Counted from the first letter of the stretch, positions 20,554-30,547 are shown. The stretch: 64,000 nt of DNA from an uncultured Chloroflexia bacterium (GCA_963814375.1 CAWFCQ010000004.1:1-64000), one strand, 5' to 3'. Numbers and translations are program-made. Notes: a model not told the origin generated them from the letters alone.

Positions 20554-21755
20554 GTAACCCGGCGAGGGGCGGCCGTGATGGTGCGGTGCTCACCTGTGCC
20601 CACGACGTCGCGCATGCGTGCGATCCCGTCCCAGACATCGACGAATCGCGTCGTCAGCGGCGAGAAGCCGAGCCGGATCACGTCCGGCTGACGGAAGTCG
20701 GGGACCACGCCGGCGCGCTCGATGAGCGCGCGGTCGATCGCCCACGCGTCGGGGTGGGCCAGGGAGATGTGTGCGCCGCGCTGGGCGGCATCGCGAGGGG
20801 TCGCGAGCGTGAACCCCAGCGGCGCGAGGTGCTCATCGGTGAGGCGGATGGCAAGCTCGGTCAGGGCGCGGCCCTTGGCCGCGACTCGCTCGATCCGGGC
20901 CTCTTTGATCAGCCCGACGCTCGCCCCGATCGCCGCAAGCGGCAGGATCGGCGGCGTGCCGGCGGCGAACCGCTCGATTCCCTCAGCGGGGTCGTATCCG
21001 GACCCCATCGCGAACTGCTCACGCTGGCCGAACCAGCCCTGGATGGGCGACCGCAAGGTTTCCTGGAGGTCGCGCCGGACGTAGAGGTAGCCAGGCGCTC
21101 CGGGACCGGCGTTGAGGTACTTGTACGTGCATCCAACCGCCAGCTCCGCGGCCGCCAGGTCGATCTCCACGGCGCCGGCCGAGTGGCTGAGATCCCAGAT
21201 CAGATGCGCGTCGGTCGCTGCGGTGACCTCGGCCATGTCGAGCAGCCGCCCAGACCGATAGTCGACGTGCGAGAGGCACAGCACCCCGCCGGCCGCCCGC
21301 TCCATGGCCTCCTCGACCGTCGGCGCCTCGACGTACTCGCGATCGCGCTGGCGGGCGACGGCCTCGAGCACGTAGCGGTCGGTCGGGAAGTTGCCGGCAT
21401 CGGTCACGATCGGGCCGCCGCGCTCGTCCGCGGCGGCGTGCGCGAGCTTATAGAGGTTGACGGTGACCGAGTCCGCGACCAGGACCTCGCCCGGTTGGGC
21501 GCCAATTACCGTAGCCGCGATCTGATCGCCCACTCGCTCCGGCAGCTCGATCCAGTCCGCCCACGCCTCGACGGCGCGGGCCGCCCAATCGGCGGTCGTC
21601 GCCTCGATCGCCGCGCGAGCGTCGACTGACAGCCGGCCGAGCGAGTTGCCGTCGAGGTAGATCCGCTCCGGGTCCGTGATCACGAACCGGTGGCGGAAGG
21701 TCGCGAGCGGATCGGCGGCGTCGAGCGCCTCCGCCTCGGATCGGGAGGACGACAT
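20550..21755 (-). CDS. kynU: Kynureninase
   Basis: LDAADPL..FR, IYLDGNSLG, FPTDRY, WDLSHSAG, VGCTYKYLNAGPG. Confidence 0.93.
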   Translation of the reverse strand: MSSSRSEAEALDAADPLATFRHRFVITDPERIYLDGNSLGRLSVDARAAIEATTADWAARAVEAWADWIELPERVGDQIAATVIGAQPGEVLVADSVTVNLYKLAHAAADERGGPIVTDAGNFPTDRYVLEAVARQRDREYVEAPTVEEAMERAAGGVLCLSHVDYRSGRLLDMAEVTAATDAHLIWDLSHSAGAVEIDLAAAELAVGCTYKYLNAGPGAPGYLYVRRDLQETLRSPIQGWFGQREQFAMGSGYDPAEGIERFAAGTPPILPLAAIGASVGLIKEARIERVAAKGRALTELAIRLTDEHLAPLGFTLATPRDAAQRGAHISLAHPDAWAIDRALIERAGVVPDFRQPDVIRLGFSPLTTRFVDVWDGIARMRDVVGTGEHRTITAAPRRVT

Positions 21756-21762
21756 GTCCGCC

Positions 21763-22722
21763 CTAGGACTCCGGGGGCGTCACTGTCTCCCACGGCACCT
21801 CGAGGATGTCGCCATCGGTCGTCCGTCGGAGGAAGTACAGCGTCTCGCCGTCGGGTGAGAGGCTCGGGTGATACTCGTCCGCTCCGGTGTTCAGCGTCAG
21901 CGGCCGATCGGCTGACCAGCCATCGCCGTCGCGCTGCGACACGAACAGGTCGCCGAGGCCGACGCCGCCCTCACGCCCGATGGAGGTGAAGACGAGCGTC
22001 GTGCCGTCGGCGGCGATCGCCGGGTTGAACTCCCAGACCGGGGTGTTGAGCTCCTCGAGGGGCTCGGGAGGGGTGAAGCCATCACCGTCGGCGGTGGCGA
22101 TGTAGAGGTCCCACCCGCCGACGGCGCCAGGCCGATCGCTCGCGAAGACCGCGGTGCCGTCCGCTGCGACCGACAGCCCCAGCTCGTCGAGCTCCGAGCC
22201 GAGCTCCGCCAGGTGGACCGGCTCGCTCCAGCCATCCTCCGTGCGATCGACTCGGAAGAGCTCGACGTCACCACGCGTCTCGCCGCCGATGGGCCGGATG
22301 GACGAGAAGTAGATGTGCTCACCGTCGGGGCTGACCCACGGATCGATGTCGGGGAACTCGCCGGAGAACGCGGCCACGACCGGCTCGCTCCACTCGCCGT
22401 CGACGACGGAGGTCTCCATGATCGTCGCCTCCCGCGTCTGCGGGAAGAAGCCGTCGCTTCGTGCGAAGTACGCGGTCTGCCCGTCGGGCGTGAACGAGAT
22501 CCGCCACTCCTCCGCCTGTGTGGAGATCACGCCCTCAGCGAAGACCGCCGGCTCGACGACGATCGTCGCGGTGGACGGCTCGGCCGATGCGGACGCCGAC
22601 GCGCTCGCAGCGGCGGACGCGGCCGGAGTGTCGGTGCCGGAGGTCCCGGACGTGCCGGGATCCGGCGCTGCGCATCCAGCCAGGGCGAGCAGCGCGATGA
22701 ACGAGCGACGGGCGAGCGGCAT
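21763..22722 (-). CDS. Lipoprotein with PD40/TolB-like beta-propeller repeats
   Basis: RRSFIALLALAGC signal/lipobox; repeated FTPDG, VSPDG, IAADG, LSPDG blades. Confidence 0.8.
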   Translation of the reverse strand: MPLARRSFIALLALAGCAAPDPGTSGTSGTDTPAASAAASASASASAEPSTATIVVEPAVFAEGVISTQAEEWRISFTPDGQTAYFARSDGFFPQTREATIMETSVVDGEWSEPVVAAFSGEFPDIDPWVSPDGEHIYFSSIRPIGGETRGDVELFRVDRTEDGWSEPVHLAELGSELDELGLSVAADGTAVFASDRPGAVGGWDLYIATADGDGFTPPEPLEELNTPVWEFNPAIAADGTTLVFTSIGREGGVGLGDLFVSQRDGDGWSADRPLTLNTGADEYHPSLSPDGETLYFLRRTTDGDILEVPWETVTPPES

Positions 22723-22803
22723 TCAGTCCCCCTCGAGATGCGGCCAATGGTGCTCAGTGCCAGTCAGTACTCGTACGGCAGCCGAGAAGTTCACCGTATC
22801 TCG

Positions 22804-23493
22804 TCAGCGGACCCAGACGCGCTGGTCGCCGACGGCCCGGAAGCCGCCATCGAGCGCCGCGGCGAGGTCGTCTCCTCGTTCGTAGCCGACGAGCGGACGG
22901 CCGGGGAAGTGCGTCGCGACGACCGTCGAGAGCTCCGCCCAGTGCACGGCGTGTCCCGGCACGGCATACACGTTCGACACGTCCACTGCACCGCTCGCCA
23001 GCCGAGCCACGGCGCCCGCGACGATCTCGCCGTCGACTCGCTTCGCGAGGATGCGGAAGTGCGCGCGTTCCAGGATGCCGGGCAACAGGACCGCCGTGGT
23101 GTCGTGGTGGCCGGTCCACTCGGCGAGCTCCTCGATGGTGGTCACCGTCGACCAGGACGGCGCCGAACCGCTCACCGGATCGGGCGCGGTGCGATGGATC
23201 CAGGTCGCCTCGAACAGCAGGTCGAATCCGTGCGGCGCCGCGTCGATCGTCGCGAAGCTGTCCTTGAAGCCGGCGTGCTCGTGTCCCTCGAGCCGGGCGA
23301 CGACCTCCGACGCGTTGACCCGCGGCTCAACGACGACAGCGTCGGAATGCAGCGGGGGCGGCGGCCCGAGGGCGCTCCACAGCCCGTCGCGCAGCGTGGA
23401 GGCCACGCCGTGCAGCGCGAAGAGGTCCTCGTACCAGCCGACGCTGGCGTCCACGGCCGTCCGCAGACGTGGATCCATCGCGCGCTCGGTCAC
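22804..23493 (-). CDS. Conserved hypothetical protein (start GTG 23493 or ATG 23478)
   Basis: Protein-like C-terminal part of ORF 22804..24075 (WYEDL..HG, KDSFA, LFEATWI, VGYERGDDL); GTGA overlap with the E2 stop. Confidence 0.6.
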   Translation of the reverse strand: MTERAMDPRLRTAVDASVGWYEDLFALHGVASTLRDGLWSALGPPPPLHSDAVVVEPRVNASEVVARLEGHEHAGFKDSFATIDAAPHGFDLLFEATWIHRTAPDPVSGSAPSWSTVTTIEELAEWTGHHDTTAVLLPGILERAHFRILAKRVDGEIVAGAVARLASGAVDVSNVYAVPGHAVHWAELSTVVATHFPGRPLVGYERGDDLAAALDGGFRAVGDQRVWVR

Positions 23494-25058
23494 CCGATCG
23501 AGGTGCCCGGGTCCCACTCCTCGAGAGCCTTGCGGACATCGGCCAGGAAGAAGCCGACCTGGGCGCCGTCGAGCACGCGGTGGTCGAAGGAGCAGGTCAT
23601 GTTCATCATGTGCCGGATCGCGATGACGTCCGAGCCCTCGATCTCGATCACCCGCGGCCGCTTCACGATCGCCTCCATCGAGAGGATGGCCACCTCCGGC
23701 GCGTTGATGATCGGCATGGATGAGACCGATCCGAACCAGCCGGTGTTGTTCACCGTGAAGGTGCCGCCCTGGAGCTCGTCGAGGCGCAGCTTGCCGCCAT
23801 GCGCCCGCGAGCTGATGTCGCGGATCCGGGCGTTCACGCCGCTGATGCTCAGCTGATCGGCGTTGGCGATGACCGGCACGATGAGCCCGTTGTCGACCGC
23901 CACGGCGATGCCGATGTTCATCGCCTGCTTGAGGATGATCTTGTCGTCGGCGAACTGGCTGTTCAGCGTCGGGTGCTTGCGCAGCGTCTCGGTCACCGCC
24001 TTGACGAGGACCGCCACGTAGCTGAGCGACGCGCCCTCGCGCGCCTTGAAGGCCATGTTGTTGGCCTCGCGCCACTTCACGACGTTGGTCATGTCGACCT
24101 CGACCACGGTGTACGCGTGGGGAACGGTCTGCTTGATCTGGGTCATCTTCTTTGCGATGCCCTTGCGCATCTGCGACAGCGCGATCTCGGTGTCGCCTCC
24201 TGTCGGCGCCGGGACCGATGGCGGGGCCGGCTTGGCGGCCGGCTCTGCTGCCTGCGGCGCCGCAGCCTGGGCGGGTGCGGGTGCGGGCGCGGGAGCCGCC
24301 GCGGCTGCGGGCTCGGCCGGTGCTGCCGAAGGCGCCTCGGCCTTGGCCTCGGCCTGCGGGCCCTTCGCGATGAAGGCCATTACATCGTCGCGGGTCACGC
24401 GGCCGGCGGCACCGCTGCCGGCCAGCTGCGAGACATCGATGTCGTGCTCGCGCACCAACCGACGCACCGCCGGCGTCATGCGACCGCCTCCGTCAGCGCC
24501 GGCTGGCGCCGCGGCCGCGGCTGGCTGTGCTTGCGACTGTGCCTCGGCGGCAGGCGGCGCGTCTTCTGCCGGCGCTTCGGCGGCCTGTGGCTCGGGCTGT
24601 GGCTCGGGGGCCTGCGCCTCGGCGGGCGTTTCCTCGCCGGCCGCTTCTTCAGCGGGAGCCGGCGCGTCCTCGGCAGCCGCTGGCGCCTCTTCCTGCTGCT
24701 CGACGGCCTCGGCGCCGGCATCCGCGGCCGCTTCGGGCTGGGCCGGTTCAGCGGCCTGCGCGGGTTCAGCGGCCTGGGCGGGCTCAGCCTCGGCGGGCGA
24801 CTCGGCTTCGGCACCGGCGCCCTCGGCGTCGATCTCCGCGACCGGTGTGCCGACGGCAACGGTCTCGCCGTCGGGAACCAGGATCTTCGCGATGGTGCCG
24901 CCGATCTCGGCCGGCACCTCGGCGTTCACCTTGTCGGTGACGACCTCGAACAGCGGGTCGTACTGCTCGACGCTGTCGCCTTCCTTGACGAGCCAGCGCT
25001 CGATCGTGCCCTCGGTGACCGACTCGCCCAGCTGGGGCATCTTGATCGTCGTTGCCAT
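23490..25058 (-). CDS. bkdB: Dihydrolipoamide acyltransferase (E2) of branched-chain 2-oxoacid dehydrogenase
   Basis: Lipoyl domain MPQLGESVTEG..TDKVNAE, Ala/Pro/Glu linkers, E3-binding MTPAVRRL..GRVTRDD, catalytic FDHRVLDG. Confidence 0.9.
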   Translation of the reverse strand: MATTIKMPQLGESVTEGTIERWLVKEGDSVEQYDPLFEVVTDKVNAEVPAEIGGTIAKILVPDGETVAVGTPVAEIDAEGAGAEAESPAEAEPAQAAEPAQAAEPAQPEAAADAGAEAVEQQEEAPAAAEDAPAPAEEAAGEETPAEAQAPEPQPEPQAAEAPAEDAPPAAEAQSQAQPAAAAAPAGADGGGRMTPAVRRLVREHDIDVSQLAGSGAAGRVTRDDVMAFIAKGPQAEAKAEAPSAAPAEPAAAAAPAPAPAPAQAAAPQAAEPAAKPAPPSVPAPTGGDTEIALSQMRKGIAKKMTQIKQTVPHAYTVVEVDMTNVVKWREANNMAFKAREGASLSYVAVLVKAVTETLRKHPTLNSQFADDKIILKQAMNIGIAVAVDNGLIVPVIANADQLSISGVNARIRDISSRAHGGKLRLDELQGGTFTVNNTGWFGSVSSMPIINAPEVAILSMEAIVKRPRVIEIEGSDVIAIRHMMNMTCSFDHRVLDGAQVGFFLADVRKALEEWDPGTSIG

Positions 25059-25162
25059 CGGTGATGCAGGCCTTCTCTCGTGTGTCGGGGAATCTTACCG
25101 GTGCCGCATCGGTTGCATCCGATGCGACCAGGTCACGACATGCAACCGGCGAGCCACCGGCG

Positions 25163-26149
25163 TCAGTACGAAGCCAGCTCGCGCGCGGCGGCGACGATCC
25201 GCGGCGGGCCGATCATGAACCAGTCCTCGAGGGTGTGGTGGTACGGGACGCCGGGGACCTCGGGGCCGGCCAGGCGGGTGACCGGGCCGTCGAGATGCTC
25301 GAATCCCTTCTCGCCGATCTCGGCCGCGATCTCGGCGCCGAAGCCGCCGAACCGGTTGGCCTCGTGGACGACGAGCGCCTTGCCGGTCTTGGCCACCGAG
25401 GCGAGGATCGTCTCCATGTCGAGCGGGCGCAGCGTGCGCAGGTCGACGACCTCGGCCTCCACGCCGTCCTCGCGCGCCAGCGTCTCGGCCGCCTCGAGTG
25501 CGCAGGTGCGCATGAAGCCGTAGGCAAAGATCGAGAGGTCCTTTCCCTCGCGGGCGACCGTCGCCTTGCCGATCGGCTCCACGGTGTCGCCGTCGGGGAC
25601 CTCGGCCTTGAAGAGCCGATACGTCTTCTTGTGCTCGAAGAACATCACCGGGTCGGGATCGCGGATGGCGGCCTTGAGCAGCCCCTTCGCGTCGGCCGGC
25701 GTGCCCGGCGCGACGACCTTGAGGCCCACGGTCGAGGTGAAGTAGGCCTCGTTCGACTGCGAGTGGTAGAGCGCCCCATGAACGCCGCCGCCGTATGGCA
25801 TGCGAATCACCATCGGCGCGCTGAAGGTGCCGTTGGAGCGGTAGTGGATGCGGCTGATCTCGCTCACGATCTGGTTGAACGCGGGGTACACGAAGTCGGC
25901 GAACTGCATCTCCGCGATCGGCCGCAGGCCGTAGACCGCGGCGCCCATCGCGGCGCCGGCGATCATCCCCTCGGTGAGGGGCGTGTCGAGGACGCGCTTG
26001 TCGCCGTACTTGGCCCACAGGCCCTCGGTCGCGCCGAAGACGCCGCCCTTCTTGCCGACGTCCTCGCCCAGGACCATGACGCGCTCGTCGCGCTCCATCT
26101 CCTCGTCCATGGCGAGGCGGATCGCCTCGAGGATGTTGAGCTCGGCCAT
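25163..26149 (-). CDS. bkdAB: 2-oxoisovalerate dehydrogenase E1 beta subunit
   Basis: LGEDVGKKGGVF, DTPLTE, AEMQFADF, GGGVHGALYHSQS, VVDLRTL. Confidence 0.9.
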   Translation of the reverse strand: MAELNILEAIRLAMDEEMERDERVMVLGEDVGKKGGVFGATEGLWAKYGDKRVLDTPLTEGMIAGAAMGAAVYGLRPIAEMQFADFVYPAFNQIVSEISRIHYRSNGTFSAPMVIRMPYGGGVHGALYHSQSNEAYFTSTVGLKVVAPGTPADAKGLLKAAIRDPDPVMFFEHKKTYRLFKAEVPDGDTVEPIGKATVAREGKDLSIFAYGFMRTCALEAAETLAREDGVEAEVVDLRTLRPLDMETILASVAKTGKALVVHEANRFGGFGAEIAAEIGEKGFEHLDGPVTRLAGPEVPGVPYHHTLEDWFMIGPPRIVAAARELASY

Positions 26150-27210
26150 CAGTGCGCCTCCCCCTCGATCGGCTCGAGTGCTGTGGGCGTGCCGGCGCCG
26201 GCGATCGGATCGGCGTAGACGCGCTCGTGGGCGTCGCCGGAGCTTGGCTCCGGGCGCGCCTCGGCCAGCCGGGATGCCTCGTTGACCTCCGCCTTGATCT
26301 CCGACCGCATCTGCTCGTCGGCCTCGTCGCTCAGCACGCCGATCGCTCGCAGCTCATTGGCGAACATCGGGATCGGGTCGCGCTCCTTGAGCGCCTCGAC
26401 CTCGGCCGGGTCGCGGTAGCGGCGCTGGTCGTCGTCGGAGGAGTGCGACGTGAGGCGGACGACGTTCGCCTCGATGAGGGTCGGGCCCTCGCCGCGCCGC
26501 GCGCGATCGTGGGCTTCCTTCGCCGCGGCATAGCAGGCGAGCACGTCGCCGCCGTCGACGACCACGCCCGGCATCCCGTAGCCGGCCGCGCGTGCCGCGA
26601 CCGAGCCGCCGGCCACCTGCCGGTCCAGCGGGACGCTGATGGCGTAGCCGTTGTTCTCGCACATGAAGATCACCGGCAGGCGGTGCACGCCGGCGAAGTT
26701 CATCGCCTCGTGCACCTCGCCCTGGTTGGCGGTCCCCTCGCCGAACTGGGTCAGCGCCACGACGTCGTCGCCGCGCACCCAGGCGCCCATGGCGATCCCC
26801 ACCGCGTGGAGGACCTGCGTCCCGACCGGCGAGCTCAGCGACACGATGTTGTACCGCGCGCCGCCGTAATGGCCGGGCATCTGGCGGCCGCCGGAGCTGA
26901 CGTCATCGGCCTTGGCGAGGTGGGCGGTGATGATGTCCTCGGCGGTCATGCCGAATGTCATGGCGCTGGCGATGGACCGATAGAACGGCGCCATCCAGTC
27001 CGTGCCCTTCCGCATCGGCCAGGCGGTCGCCACCTGGGCGCCCTCGTGGCCCTGGCCCGAGATGATGAAGGCGATCTTGCCGGCGCGCTGCATGAGCCAC
27101 ATCCGCTCGTCCACGGCTCGGGCGAGGAGCATGGCGCGGTACATGCCGAGGACGTCGTCGTCGGTCAGCCCGAGCTCGACGTGACGCGCGCGAGTGTCGG
27201 TCGTCGCCAT
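26149..27210 (-). CDS. bkdAA: 2-oxoisovalerate dehydrogenase E1 alpha subunit
   Basis: QRAGKIAF, SGGRQMPGH, SSPVGTQ, TPP-binding FGEG..ENNGYAIS, HSSDDD; RBS GAGGAG. Confidence 0.9.
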   Translation of the reverse strand: MATTDTRARHVELGLTDDDVLGMYRAMLLARAVDERMWLMQRAGKIAFIISGQGHEGAQVATAWPMRKGTDWMAPFYRSIASAMTFGMTAEDIITAHLAKADDVSSGGRQMPGHYGGARYNIVSLSSPVGTQVLHAVGIAMGAWVRGDDVVALTQFGEGTANQGEVHEAMNFAGVHRLPVIFMCENNGYAISVPLDRQVAGGSVAARAAGYGMPGVVVDGGDVLACYAAAKEAHDRARRGEGPTLIEANVVRLTSHSSDDDQRRYRDPAEVEALKERDPIPMFANELRAIGVLSDEADEQMRSEIKAEVNEASRLAEARPEPSSGDAHERVYADPIAGAGTPTALEPIEGEAH

Positions 27211-27220
27211 GGCTCCCTCC

Positions 27221-28639
27221 TCAGACATGGATGGCTGCGCCGTCGACCGCCAGCGCGGCCTCCGGCAGCACCTCGGTCAGCGTCGGATGGGCGTGGACGC
27301 TCATCGCCACCTCCGCCGCGGTCCCCTCCACCAGCTGGGCCAGAACCGGCTCGGCCAGGAGGTCGCCCGCGTGCGGACCGATGATATGCGTCCCGAGCAG
27401 CACCCCGGTGTCGGCATCGGTCACCATCTTCGCGAAGCCGTCGATCTCGCCCACGATCGTCGCCTTGCCGAGCGCCCGGAACGGGAACGATCCGGTCTTC
27501 ACCTCGCGTCCGGCGGCCTTCGCCTCCTCCTCGCTCATCCCGACCGATGCGATCTGCGGACGGCAGAACGTGACGCGCGGCATGAGCTCCATCCGGACCG
27601 GCGCGGGCTCGTGCCCGGCCAGGTGCTCGACCGCCACGACCGCCTCGTGGCTGGCCACGTGGGCGAGGGCAAAGCCGGGAACGATGTCGCCGATCGCGTA
27701 CACGTTCGGCGCGCCGGTGCGCATGAACTCGTCGACCTTGACGTAGCCGCGATCGAGCTCGACGCCCTCGATCCCCTCGAGGCCGATGCCCTCGGTCAGC
27801 GGCCGCCGGCCGACCGCGACGAGGATGACGTCGGCGGTCAGGTCGGTCCGCTTGGCGCCGTCCTTCGAGGCGACCTGGAAGCTGATCTCGCTCTCTGTTG
27901 GCTTCAGCGTCTCGGGGTCGATCGTCGAGGCGGTGTGGATCGCGATCCCGCGCTTCTTGAAGACGCGACCCAGCTCCTTGCTGATCTCCGGATCCTCGAG
28001 CGGAACGACGCGGTCGGCGAACTCGACGAGCGTGACCTCGGAGCCGAAGTCGCGATACATGCTGGCCCACTCGACGCCGATGGCGCCCGCGCCGACGATC
28101 GTGACCCGTCCGGGGACGTCACCGCGCTTCAGCGCCTCGTCGCTGGTGATGATGAGCCGGCCGTCCGGGTCGAGGCCAGGGAGGGAGCGCGGTGCGCTGC
28201 CCGTGGCCAGGATGAGGTTCTTCGCCGTCGCCTCGACGTCGCCCGACTCGCCGCCGGAGACGCGCACGCTGGTCGGGCCGGTGAGCACGCCGTTGCCTCG
28301 CAGGACGGTCACCTTGTTCTTCTTCATCAGGAACTCGACGCCGTTGACGTGCTTGTCGACCACCGCGTCGCGTCGGGTCCCCAGCGCGCCGTAGTCGAGC
28401 CCGATGCCCTCGTGGCCGGTGATGCCGAACTCTGCCCCCTGCTCGGTCACCCGATGCAGCAGGTCGGCGGTCTCGAGCAGCGCCTTGGACGGGATGCAGC
28501 CGCGCGTCAGGCAGGTGCCGCCGAGGCGGTCGCGCTCGACGAGGCCGACCGACAGGCCGAGCTGCGAGGCGCGGATCGCGCCGACATAGCTCATGCCGCC
28601 GCCGAGGATGAGCAGGTCAAATTGCTGTGGGTCGGCCAT
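27221..28639 (-). CDS. lpdA: Dihydrolipoyl dehydrogenase (E3)
   Basis: LGGTCLTRGCIPSK redox disulfide, GAGAIG, AIGD, HAHPTLTE. Confidence 0.95.
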   Translation of the reverse strand: MADPQQFDLLILGGGMSYVGAIRASQLGLSVGLVERDRLGGTCLTRGCIPSKALLETADLLHRVTEQGAEFGITGHEGIGLDYGALGTRRDAVVDKHVNGVEFLMKKNKVTVLRGNGVLTGPTSVRVSGGESGDVEATAKNLILATGSAPRSLPGLDPDGRLIITSDEALKRGDVPGRVTIVGAGAIGVEWASMYRDFGSEVTLVEFADRVVPLEDPEISKELGRVFKKRGIAIHTASTIDPETLKPTESEISFQVASKDGAKRTDLTADVILVAVGRRPLTEGIGLEGIEGVELDRGYVKVDEFMRTGAPNVYAIGDIVPGFALAHVASHEAVVAVEHLAGHEPAPVRMELMPRVTFCRPQIASVGMSEEEAKAAGREVKTGSFPFRALGKATIVGEIDGFAKMVTDADTGVLLGTHIIGPHAGDLLAEPVLAQLVEGTAAEVAMSVHAHPTLTEVLPEAALAVDGAAIHV

Positions 28640-28659
28640 CGGTCTCCTGGGGTTTGGGC

Positions 28660-29124
28660 TCAGGTGGTCGCCGCGGCCGCTTCCGGCTGCGGCGCATCGG
28701 TCTCGAAGGTGCGGCCCTCATGGTCGCCGATTCGGACGCGCCAGTCATCCGGCACCGGTATCGGGCGGGCGGTCGCGTAGTCGTAGGTCACGAGAACGGT
28801 GTCGACGTCGCCCACGAGCCGATCCTCGTTTCCGGCGGTCATGCGGTGGCGCATCTGGATGCTCGATCGGCCGATGCGCTCCACCCGGCTCTCGACGGTC
28901 ACCTCCTCGCCGAAGCCGATGGGCGAGCGGTAGTCGAGCTCGACGTGGGCGAGGATAAGGGGCATGCGGTCGAACGTGGTGGGCGGCCTGATGACCTCGA
29001 GGAGGTAGGTGATCCGCGCCTGCTCGAGGTAGCTGAAGAAGACCGCGTTGTTCACGTGCCCGAAGGCGTCGATGTCGCGGAAGCGAACCTGGAGGGACGT
29101 GCGGTGGCGGAAGTCATCGCTCAC
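28660..29124 (-). CDS. Acyl-CoA thioesterase (4HBT/YbgC family)
   Basis: VRFRDIDAFGHVNNAVFFSYLEQAR, IGRSS. Confidence 0.9.
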   Translation of the reverse strand: MSDDFRHRTSLQVRFRDIDAFGHVNNAVFFSYLEQARITYLLEVIRPPTTFDRMPLILAHVELDYRSPIGFGEEVTVESRVERIGRSSIQMRHRMTAGNEDRLVGDVDTVLVTYDYATARPIPVPDDWRVRIGDHEGRTFETDAPQPEAAAATT

Positions 29125-29321
29125 CCTTCACTCCTCGGAAGCGAGGCGGTCGACGTTTCGCCTGCGTCTCGGGCGTTCGGATCGCCTCGGCCGCCATCCA
29201 TCTGGGCCGATGCGGCCTGGGCGAGGAACCCGCTGCGGGTCATCCCGAGGCGGCGGACGGTGTCGTCGATCCGCGCCAGGAGACGCTCGTCGATGGAGAT
29301 GAGAACGCGTTTGGCTGGCAT
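29121..29321 (-). CDS. Ribbon-helix-helix (CopG-like) protein
   Basis: KRVLISIDERLLARIDDTVRRLGMTRSGFLAQAA; -10 TATACT 8 nt before the ATG. Confidence 0.75.
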   Translation of the reverse strand: MPAKRVLISIDERLLARIDDTVRRLGMTRSGFLAQAASAQMDGGRGDPNARDAGETSTASLPRSEG

Positions 29322-29330
29322 GGCGCGAAA

Positions 29331-29346
29331 GTATATAGGTATATAC
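29331..29346. promoter_or_regulatory. Palindromic operator overlapping the -10 of the RHH gene
   Basis: GTATATA-GG-TATATAC perfect 7-2-7 AT-rich palindrome in a GC-rich background. Confidence 0.6.
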
Positions 29347-29358
29347 GCGAGCCGGGCC

Positions 29359-30525
29359 TCAGAGCGCCTCACCGATGCGCCCCATGAGCGCCGCCAGCAG
29401 CGTGGTGCGCGGACCTACGCTTGCAAGGTCCAACCACTCGTCGACCGAGTGGTCGTCGCCGCCGACCGGGCCCAGGCCGTCCAGCGTCGGGCGTCCGAGC
29501 GCGGCCGTGGTGTTGGCGTCCGAGGCGCCACCGGTGGCCGCGTCGCGCAGGTCGAAGCCGAGCTCGCCGGCGATCGATACGGCCAGATCCACGAGCCGCC
29601 CGGAGGCCTCGGTCTTCTCCATCGGCGGGTGGCCGGCGCTGCGCGCGATGGTGACATGCACGCCCTCGACCGTGGGTGAGGCCGCGAGGCGATGGACCTC
29701 TGCGGAGGCGGCGTCGAACGCATCGGCGGTCGCGGCGCGAAGGTCGATTTCCAGCTCGCACCGTTCGGCGACGACGTTCGGCCGCGTGCCGCCGTGGAGC
29801 ACGCCGGCGTTGACGGTGACGGTCGGCCATCGGCCGTTGAGCGCGTGGAGCGCGACCACCTGGTAAGCCGCCTCGAGGATGGCTGAGCGGCCCTTCTCCG
29901 GCTCGACCCCGGCATGAGCCGCGCGCCCGACGATCGAGACATGGAAGTCGGCGATCCCCTTCCGCGCGCTCACGATGTCGCCGTTGGCGCGAGCGCACTC
30001 GAGCACCAGCGCGGCGTCGTGGTCGGGAGCCAGCGTCCGGATGACGGGGGAGCTGAAGGGCGATCCGATCTCCTCGTCCGGGTTGGCGACGAAGGTCACG
30101 GCAGGGCGCGAGCCGGCCTCCTGGAGCGCGGCGATCGCATGGAGGCCCGCCAGGAGGCCCGCCTTCATGTCGGTCACGCCGGGACCGAACGCCCGCTCGC
30201 CCTCGGACCGATACGGCCGGTCGGCGGCGGTGCCCGGATCGAAGACGGTGTCCATGTGGCCGATGAGCAGCAGCCGTGGCCCGTCACCGTCGAGCCGCCC
30301 CACGACGAGGTCGCCGAGCTGCGGATGGCCATCGGCCGGCTGATGGGCGGTGCGCTCGACTGCGGCGCCGAGGCCGCGCAGCGCATCGGCCGTGAAGTCG
30401 GCGACGCGGTTGACGCCGTCGGGCGTGTACGAGCCGCAGTCGATGTTGACGAGGGCCGCGAGCTCATCGGTGAAGCGCGGCAGGCGCGCGTCGACGATGC
30501 GCCTCAGCGCGGCGGAATCGGGCAT
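29359..30525 (-). CDS. M20 family metallopeptidase (carboxypeptidase G2-like)
   Basis: LLIGHMDTVF, GPGVTDMKAG, NPDEEIGS, GRAAHAG, GGASDAN, GGDDHSVDE. Confidence 0.9.
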   Translation of the reverse strand: MPDSAALRRIVDARLPRFTDELAALVNIDCGSYTPDGVNRVADFTADALRGLGAAVERTAHQPADGHPQLGDLVVGRLDGDGPRLLLIGHMDTVFDPGTAADRPYRSEGERAFGPGVTDMKAGLLAGLHAIAALQEAGSRPAVTFVANPDEEIGSPFSSPVIRTLAPDHDAALVLECARANGDIVSARKGIADFHVSIVGRAAHAGVEPEKGRSAILEAAYQVVALHALNGRWPTVTVNAGVLHGGTRPNVVAERCELEIDLRAATADAFDAASAEVHRLAASPTVEGVHVTIARSAGHPPMEKTEASGRLVDLAVSIAGELGFDLRDAATGGASDANTTAALGRPTLDGLGPVGGDDHSVDEWLDLASVGPRTTLLAALMGRIGEAL

Positions 30526-30547
30526 GGCCATCAATATACTCACGCCC
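30526..30547. promoter_or_regulatory. Bidirectional overlapping -10 elements for two divergent, apparently leaderless genes
   Basis: TATACT (+, 30535-30540) 7 nt before ATG 30548 and TATATT (-, 30538-30533) 7 nt before ATG 30525. Confidence 0.6.

Noticed and set aside
23490-25058. Ala/Pro/Glu repeats in the E2 gene as a separate repeat element
   Set aside because: Normal flexible linkers of 2-oxoacid dehydrogenase E2 subunits
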